A program made the translations under genes and the position numbers. DNA of 62,526 bases, filler included, from Globobulimina sp. (Eukaryota), in the NCBI GenBank assembly GCA_003354225.1. It is 36 parts of 36 records of this genome, joined end to end, with 100 filler letters (N's around TTAATTAATTAA, not from the genome) between each part and the next. Parts side by side here need not be neighbours in the genome. Positions count along the whole stretch, not along the records: positions 59,152 to 60,789 come from PIVH01013780.1; positions 60,890 to 62,526 come from PIVH01013781.1; 34 more parts are not named here. One strand, given 5' to 3'. Numbering within the stretch: position 1 is the stretch's first letter; every line of letters begins with the position of its first letter. Positions 59,052 through 62,526 of the stretch are shown here, one piece after another. The notes under the pieces were generated by a model. The model had not been told where the DNA came from and searched no databases. It saw only the letters and a program-made list of their open reading frames with translations.

Positions 59052-60028
59052 NNNNNNNNNNNNNNNNNNNNNNNNNNNNNNNNNNNNNNNNNNNNTTAAT
59101 TAATTAANNNNNNNNNNNNNNNNNNNNNNNNNNNNNNNNNNNNNNNNNNNNGAATCCATACATTGTGTCATGTCGTATCGTGTTACATTACAATCAGTAG
59201 CGTATGCTATTTTGCTCAATAATAACAAAGTAATCAACCACATGTTTCGCATATGATGGGCTGTATTTAGACTGATGGAAGGATGGAGTTAGAGAATTTA
59301 GTGTCGGATATGAAAATAATCTTAAAAACAGGATTGTCACCGAGAATTAAAGTCAGATATGAAATAATCTCCAAAAATGATAAAAGCCAGACATACAAAG
59401 CAAAATCAACTGTACCCGTAACCATTGTTTATATGTTGTTCTATAGAAAAACGTGGGTTTTTCAAACGTATAAGGAGTCAAAACAACATTATTGGTCATA
59501 AATTTTTGAATTCTAATTAATAACAACGGTGAATTGCATAATAAACATTTCCAATTAAATGCAAATATTAACAAAATATACTGTCCTAAATTTAAATAAT
59601 ATGATAATTGAATAAATGGATTTAATCTATTTATCGTTTTTACAATATGTCGATTATTTTTATATATATTCCGTATCGTTATAATTTCACCAATGGTCTC
59701 ACAAATTAATCCAACCGACAACAAACATATTATAAACCAAAACACTTTCAATACAATGCCAGTACTCCTCCTCTTATAGCCAGTGGCTGCCAACTTATCA
59801 TCTTTTATTGCATGCTCCTTTCGAATAAATTTCGTTTCTAATTTTAAAATGTCGTGTTTGTCAGCTAAGTCTCCTGTTATTGCACTGATCGCAATATGCG
59901 GATTATTCCATAACGAAATATCAATGCTACGAACCAAACATAAATGTGGTATCTCTGCGGTGCCCTGCATAGGCACTATAAATCATAAATGCATTCATAT
60001 TAACATACATCATACAATATATTCATAC

Positions 60029-60789
60029 TTAACTCACACCCATTTTGCTTAACATATGAGCAATGCCCAGATGTCCCCCAAAGGCAAATGGCATGGCATG
60101 TTTCTTCCATAAATTCGTATTAAAGGACTCGTCGTCCCCTTCGATCTTTGTGTGTTCCAAATCCGTATAAACATGTAACTGTTTATTCTGATATCGGATT
60201 AAGATTTTAACACTTTCCTTTTGATGATAATTCAATGTGCATTCCGATGGGAAGATGCCTTTAACCATGGGATGAAACGCATTATTTTCAATCTCCTGTT
60301 TGATTGCATCTCTTTCCGGCTTCAAATCTGAATCAAAATTCCAAGCTTTGGCTGTTCCATCATTGATCATGGAAAATATTAATGGATTGTCACCATTGTT
60401 ATCATTATCAAACGTATCAAATATGATTCCAGAACCATTAAAATCCCGTCGCAATCCATAAAAATCGCCTAATAACAAATCATATGACGCGTCGTCATAT
60501 TTATGTCGGTCGCCTTTTGGCCCTCTTTTCACCTCATTTTCATCCAAGATCCAGACACCAAAGCCATCGCCACCCATCTTACCATTGCTGGAATGGATAT
60601 TTATTTCCAACAATATTTGCCAATTTGATAAATGTAATCCGAATTTGTTCCATAATACACCTCTTCTGCCACTTTCCTGCGGTGTCAATCTGTGTCATTA
60701 CAATTAAAATCAGAGTGCAAGGATATTGATCTCAGTATGCAGTACCTCGCGAAATTTGTGGTGGCCACAGCATCACCGATCATCACCCA
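60029..60789 (-). CDS. L-type lectin (ERGIC-53/VIP36-like) fragment
   Basis: LTPQESGRRGVLWN, GGDGFGVW and GIIFDTFDN. Confidence 0.8.
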
Positions 60790-60889
60790 NNNNNNNNNNN
60801 NNNNNNNNNNNNNNNNNNNNNNNNNNNNNNNNNTTAATTAATTAANNNNNNNNNNNNNNNNNNNNNNNNNNNNNNNNNNNNNNNNNNNN

Positions 60890-61230
60890 AAGACACAAAC
60901 ATATATTGCTCAAGAAACTGACCAATATATTATTATTCATACCACACTGTCAACTAACAATGAATCGCGTTCGATTTCCATAGAATTAGCTATGCGTTCA
61001 ACAATTTGTTCACTAAAAATATAAGGTATCCCACAACAACCACATAAAATTGATAATATTTTATCTTTCAGCACTTCTGTACAATATTATTTGAATTAAA
61101 TTAATAATTTATATGCAATCAATTTAAATTTTAAATTTATATCCTCATCTTTCTGCTCCTTTCGATGCGTTAGTGTGGTATGAATAATAATATATTGGTC
61201 AGTTTCTTGAGCAATATATGTTTGTGTCTT
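60890..61230. repeat. 59-bp perfect inverted repeat at the contig edge (60890-60948 and 61172-61230)
   Basis: AAGACACAAAC...ATACCACACT and its exact reverse complement. Confidence 0.9.
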
Positions 61231-62526
61231 GGTGGTAGTTCATTGGTATTTGGATTCATCTGACTGTGGTTCATATGTTATGTTATGATTTTGTCTATTT
61301 CGGCGCCTGCTTGTCATGGTAAATCAGCTGCTAATGTTTTGATGATGTTTACTTACACAGTTTCCGTGGGTTACGTGACTCGTTTCCTACAACAAAAATT
61401 AAATAATATACTGTGTGCGAAGATTATCATCTCTCAGAAGTCAGAACCCAACAAAAAAACAAGAATATATATTAAAAATTAAATAATATCCATTAAATAA
61501 AGCAAACAATACATAACACACCAAAAACAATCTGAGAAACACATTAACATCACATTAACAATAGAAACATACACAAATGGCGACAACTACACTAATTTCT
61601 TACTACTCTAAGACAATAGCAGCTAGAAACAAAATAAAACGTGTCATAATATCTCAATATATTTAAATAAAATAATTCATTTTTTGTGAATTTATGTTCA
61701 CAAATTCCTAATTTTTATCATCATTTTTCCTTTATAAAACAACCAAAATATATGTTGAATATCCCATAAATAGCTTGAATATGTCTGTAATTGAGACGTG
61801 GTATGGTTTTATTTGCAAAATATTGTTTGTCTCATCATATTTTATCTTTGTTTCTGATGATAAAAACATTATAAATGTACAAAATGTATACATAATCCGA
61901 TACCATTATGATGATATAAATGCATCCAAATGACCCCAAATAACTACTTATAATGATCCAATACCACGTAAACATTGGGTATTACGCTGTGTGGTATTTT
62001 ATTTGCATAATATTTGCTGCATCGCACCATATTCCATTAAATATTGATCCTTGCACAACACACAAAATATTTACAATAAGTCCAGCCATTTGTATCACCA
62101 ACTCCTATGTAAATAATATTTGCTGCATAACCGAATATAAATGTCTTTGTTTCTCCATATTTAGCCGGTGACACCTACTTTTCTCGACAGATAAATGTCA
62201 TCCCAGAGACCCTTGACAATATCCAATATGTCTAAACCCAGCCAAATGAGTGATGTTCCAAAATGCGTATTTTTCAAATAATTTCTGAATAACAAAAACT
62301 TCCATCGACTCCGATGAGAATCTAATTGGGAGATTGCGAAAACTGTGATAAGCGCTGCCACGGCTAAAACTAATTCGTATGGTGGTAGATAGGAATGACT
62401 GATGACTAATTGTGGTGTTGGATCATAGTTGAAAGTCGATCCGTGACATGTACTGAGCTATTGTCTTAGTGGGGTAAGTGACCTAATCTGTATTTTATTA
62501 GTAGTCATGCATAGCGTCTTCATCTT

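Noticed and set aside
1642..60889. Regularly spaced TTAATTAATTAA motif as a biological repeat or array
   Set aside because: It always sits within N-runs and is a synthetic six-frame-stop linker.
60890..61230. MITE or hairpin RNA from the 59-bp inverted repeat
   Set aside because: One arm runs to the contig edge and no TSD can be seen; a fold-back amplification chimera is the simpler explanation.

Overview
This window is not one locus. It is 36 unrelated contigs of about 1.64 kb each, in decreasing length order, joined by 35 artificial spacers (N-run, TTAATTAATTAA, N-run). Adjacency across a spacer therefore carries no biological meaning, and ORF-track proteins ending in X..LIN are truncated. 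Most contigs are AT-rich eukaryotic DNA in the standard genetic code, with short GT-AG introns that I verified by frame restoration in about 10 genes. My inference from the gene content and Asn-rich style is a protist, plausibly a foraminiferan/rhizarian. Several contigs are chimeric, joining host genes to bacterial TonB-dependent receptors or to a LINE fragment, and one has a fold-back end; this suggests whole-genome amplification of a cell with its associated microbes. Recognisable genes: SAM-fused cytochrome c peroxidase-like protein, globin, RABL6, dynamin-like GTPase, HECT ligase, TM9SF, GT49, vacuolar sorting receptor, phosphatidylserine decarboxylase, SLC37-like MFS, NIF phosphatase, PPR-SMR, Amt, SDR, ERI-type exonuclease, 2OG-Fe(II) oxygenase, ACOT9, a kinase tail and an L-type lectin. 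Mobile elements: a tyrosine recombinase, an intron-containing Harbinger transposase, a BEL/Pao integrase, a LINE fragment and two TIR elements. The best leads are (1) a SAM-peroxidase fusion with distal His replaced by Asn, (2) a paralogous family combining CxxCxGxG arrays, RING-like modules and a recurring GYIR...P motif, (3) a protein with an array of TQT-type motifs and a possible UGA readthrough, (4) plant-type PPR-SMR and PPR-E proteins, and (5) a bacterial-type SDR with a spliceosomal intron. No multi-gene system can be demonstrated from fragments this short. All family assignments are by motif recognition; no database search was run.
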